DNA of 64,000 nucleotides from Escherichia coli O127:H6 str. E2348/69 (GTDB lineage Bacteria; Pseudomonadota; Gammaproteobacteria; Enterobacterales; Enterobacteriaceae): NCBI RefSeq assembly GCF_000026545.1, contig NC_011601.1; one strand, 5' to 3'. Shown piece by piece: positions 63,401 to 64,000 of this stretch (position 1 is its first letter; each line of letters starts with the position of its first letter). The notes under the pieces were generated by a model. It saw only the letters and a program-made list of their open reading frames with translations, ran no database searches and was not told where the DNA came from. The position numbers and the translations under genes were made by a program.

Positions 63401-64000
63401 GCGCTCATTACAGGATCTGAAAGACGCCCTGAAAGGCAAAGTGCAGGAAACGCTGTCTGCCGTGGCGGATGACGGTATCGAGCAGAGCGGTTTACATATC
63501 TGGAGTTTTGGTCAACTTCCGGAAAGCTACGAGCAGAAGCGCGGCAACTACAAAGTGAAGGCGTGGCCGGCGCTGGTGGATGAGCGTGACAGCGTAGCGA
63601 TCAAACTGTTTGATAACCCGCTGGAACAGAAGCAGGCAATGTGGAACGGTCTTCGCCGTTTACTGCTGCTAAATATTCCATCGCCGATCAAGTACTTGCA
63701 CGAAAAGCTGCCAAACAAAGCCAAGCTGGGGCTGTACTTTAACCCGTATGGCAAAGTGCTGGAGCTGATCGATGACTGTATCTCCTGCGGTGTGGATCAA
63801 CTGATCGATGCCAATGGTGGCCCGGTCTGGACGGAAGAAGGCTTTGCTGCGCTGCATGAAAAAGTCCGCGCTGAACTGAACGACACGGTGGTGGATATTG
63901 CGAAGCAGGTCGAGCAAATCCTCACTGCGGTGTTCAATATCAACAAACGTCTGAAAGGGCGGGTGGATATGACCATGGCGCTGGGGCTTTCTGACATTAA
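60444..64000 (+). CDS. hrpA: ATP-dependent RNA helicase HrpA (DEAH-box), 5' portion, runs off window end
   Basis: Not in the ORF track (no stop in window). Manual translation from ATG 60444: MTEQQKLTFTALQQRLDSLMLRDR... with Walker A (GETGSGKTTQLP) and DEAH (IIIDEAHERS). Confidence 0.85.
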   Translation, partial: MTEQQKLTFTALQQRLDSLMLRDRLRFSRRLHGVKKVKNPDAQQAIFQEMAKEIDHAAGKVLLREAERPEITYPDNLPVSQKKQDILEAIRDHQVVIVAGETGSGKTTQLPKICMELGRGIKGLIGHTQPRRLAARTVANRIAEELKTEPGGCIGYKVRFSDHVSDNTMVKLMTDGILLAEIQQDRLLMQYDTIIIDEAHERSLNIDFLLGYLKELLPRRPDLKIIITSATIDPERFSRHFNNAPIIEVSGRTYPVEVRYRPIVEEADDTERDQLQAIFDAVDELSQESPGDILIFMSGEREIRDTADALNKLNLRHTEILPLYARLSNSEQNRVFQSHSGRRIVLATNVAETSLTVPGIKYVIDPGTARISRYSYRTKVQRLPIEPISQASANQRKGRCGRVSEGICIRLYSEDDFLSRPEFTDPEILRTNLASVILQMTALGLGDIAAFPFVEAPDKRNIQDGVRLLEELGAITTDEQASAYKLTPLGRQLSQLPVDPRLARMVLEAQKHGCVREAMIITSALSIQDPRERPMDKQQASDEKHRRFHDKESDFLAFVNLWNYLGEQQKALSSNAFRRLCRTDYLNYLRVREWQDIYTQLRQVVKELGIPVNSEPADYREIHIALLTGLLSHIGMKDADKQEYTGARNARFSIFPGSGLFKKPPKWVMVAELVETSRLWGRIAARIDPEWVEPVAQHLIKRTYSEPHWERAQGAVMATEKVTVYGLPIVAARKVNYSQIDPALCRELFIRHALVEGDWQTRHAFFRENLKLRAEVEELEHKSRRRDILVDDEMLFEFYDQRISHDVISARHFDSWWKKVSRETPDLLNFEKSMLIKEGAEKISKLDYPNFWHQGNLKLRLSYQFEPGADADGVTVHIPLPLLNQVEESGFEWQIPGLRRELIIALIKSLPKPVRRNFVPAPNYAEAFLGRVTPLELPLLDSLERELRRMTGVTVDREDWHWDQVPDHLKITFRVVDDKNKKLKEGRSLQDLKDALKGKVQETLSAVADDGIEQSGLHIWSFGQLPESYEQKRGNYKVKAWPALVDERDSVAIKLFDNPLEQKQAMWNGLRRLLLLNIPSPIKYLHEKLPNKAKLGLYFNPYGKVLELIDDCISCGVDQLIDANGGPVWTEEGFAALHEKVRAELNDTVVDIAKQVEQILTAVFNINKRLKGRVDMTMALGLSDI

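Overview
This window reads as an Escherichia coli chromosomal segment syntenic with the K-12 pspBCDE - ycjMNOPQRSTUV-ompG - ycjW - ycjX-ycjF-tyrR - tpx - ycjG/mpaA - ycjY/ycjZ - mppA - ynaI/ynaJ - uspE - fnr - ogt ... smrA - dgcM - zntB - fnrS - dbpA - ttcA ... uspF - ompN - micC - ydbK - ydbJ - hslJ - ldhA - ydbH-ynbE-ydbL ... ydbC - azoR - hrpA region. All gene names come from my recollection of protein sequences and gene order; no database search was run. Most of the window is ordinary core genome. The standout feature is two identical 1550-bp copies of an IS50/Tn5-family insertion sequence (11205-12754 and 58062-59611) in inverted orientation. Each has Tn5-type 19-bp ends, an apparently intact DDE transposase of 457 aa that is clearly diverged from Tn5 Tnp, and its own flanking direct repeat; one copy interrupts ycjT and the other sits in the loop of the ydbC/azoR terminator hairpin. 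Compared with K-12 as I remember it, several segments are missing or replaced: an AraC/membrane-fusion/MFS efflux module stands where the abg operon would be, the Rac prophage is reduced to an integrase 3' fragment plus an AT-rich islet, the feaB-tynA-paa cluster is deleted leaving fused feaR and paaY remnants, and IS5, ydbA and ydbD-ynbD are absent. Two small RNAs (fnrS, micC) are recognisable. Several candidate regulatory sites are proposed from sequence alone, including a 16-bp exact repeat before ycjM and ycjU (a candidate YcjW operator) and a 31-bp conserved motif shared by the mpaA and mppA upstream regions. Three genes carry apparent frameshifts (MFS transporter, dgcM, paaY) and could equally be assembly errors. 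The supplied ORF track omits genes that run off the window edge (hrpA) and often extends ORFs upstream of the likely start. No CRISPR array, tRNA or rRNA was found.
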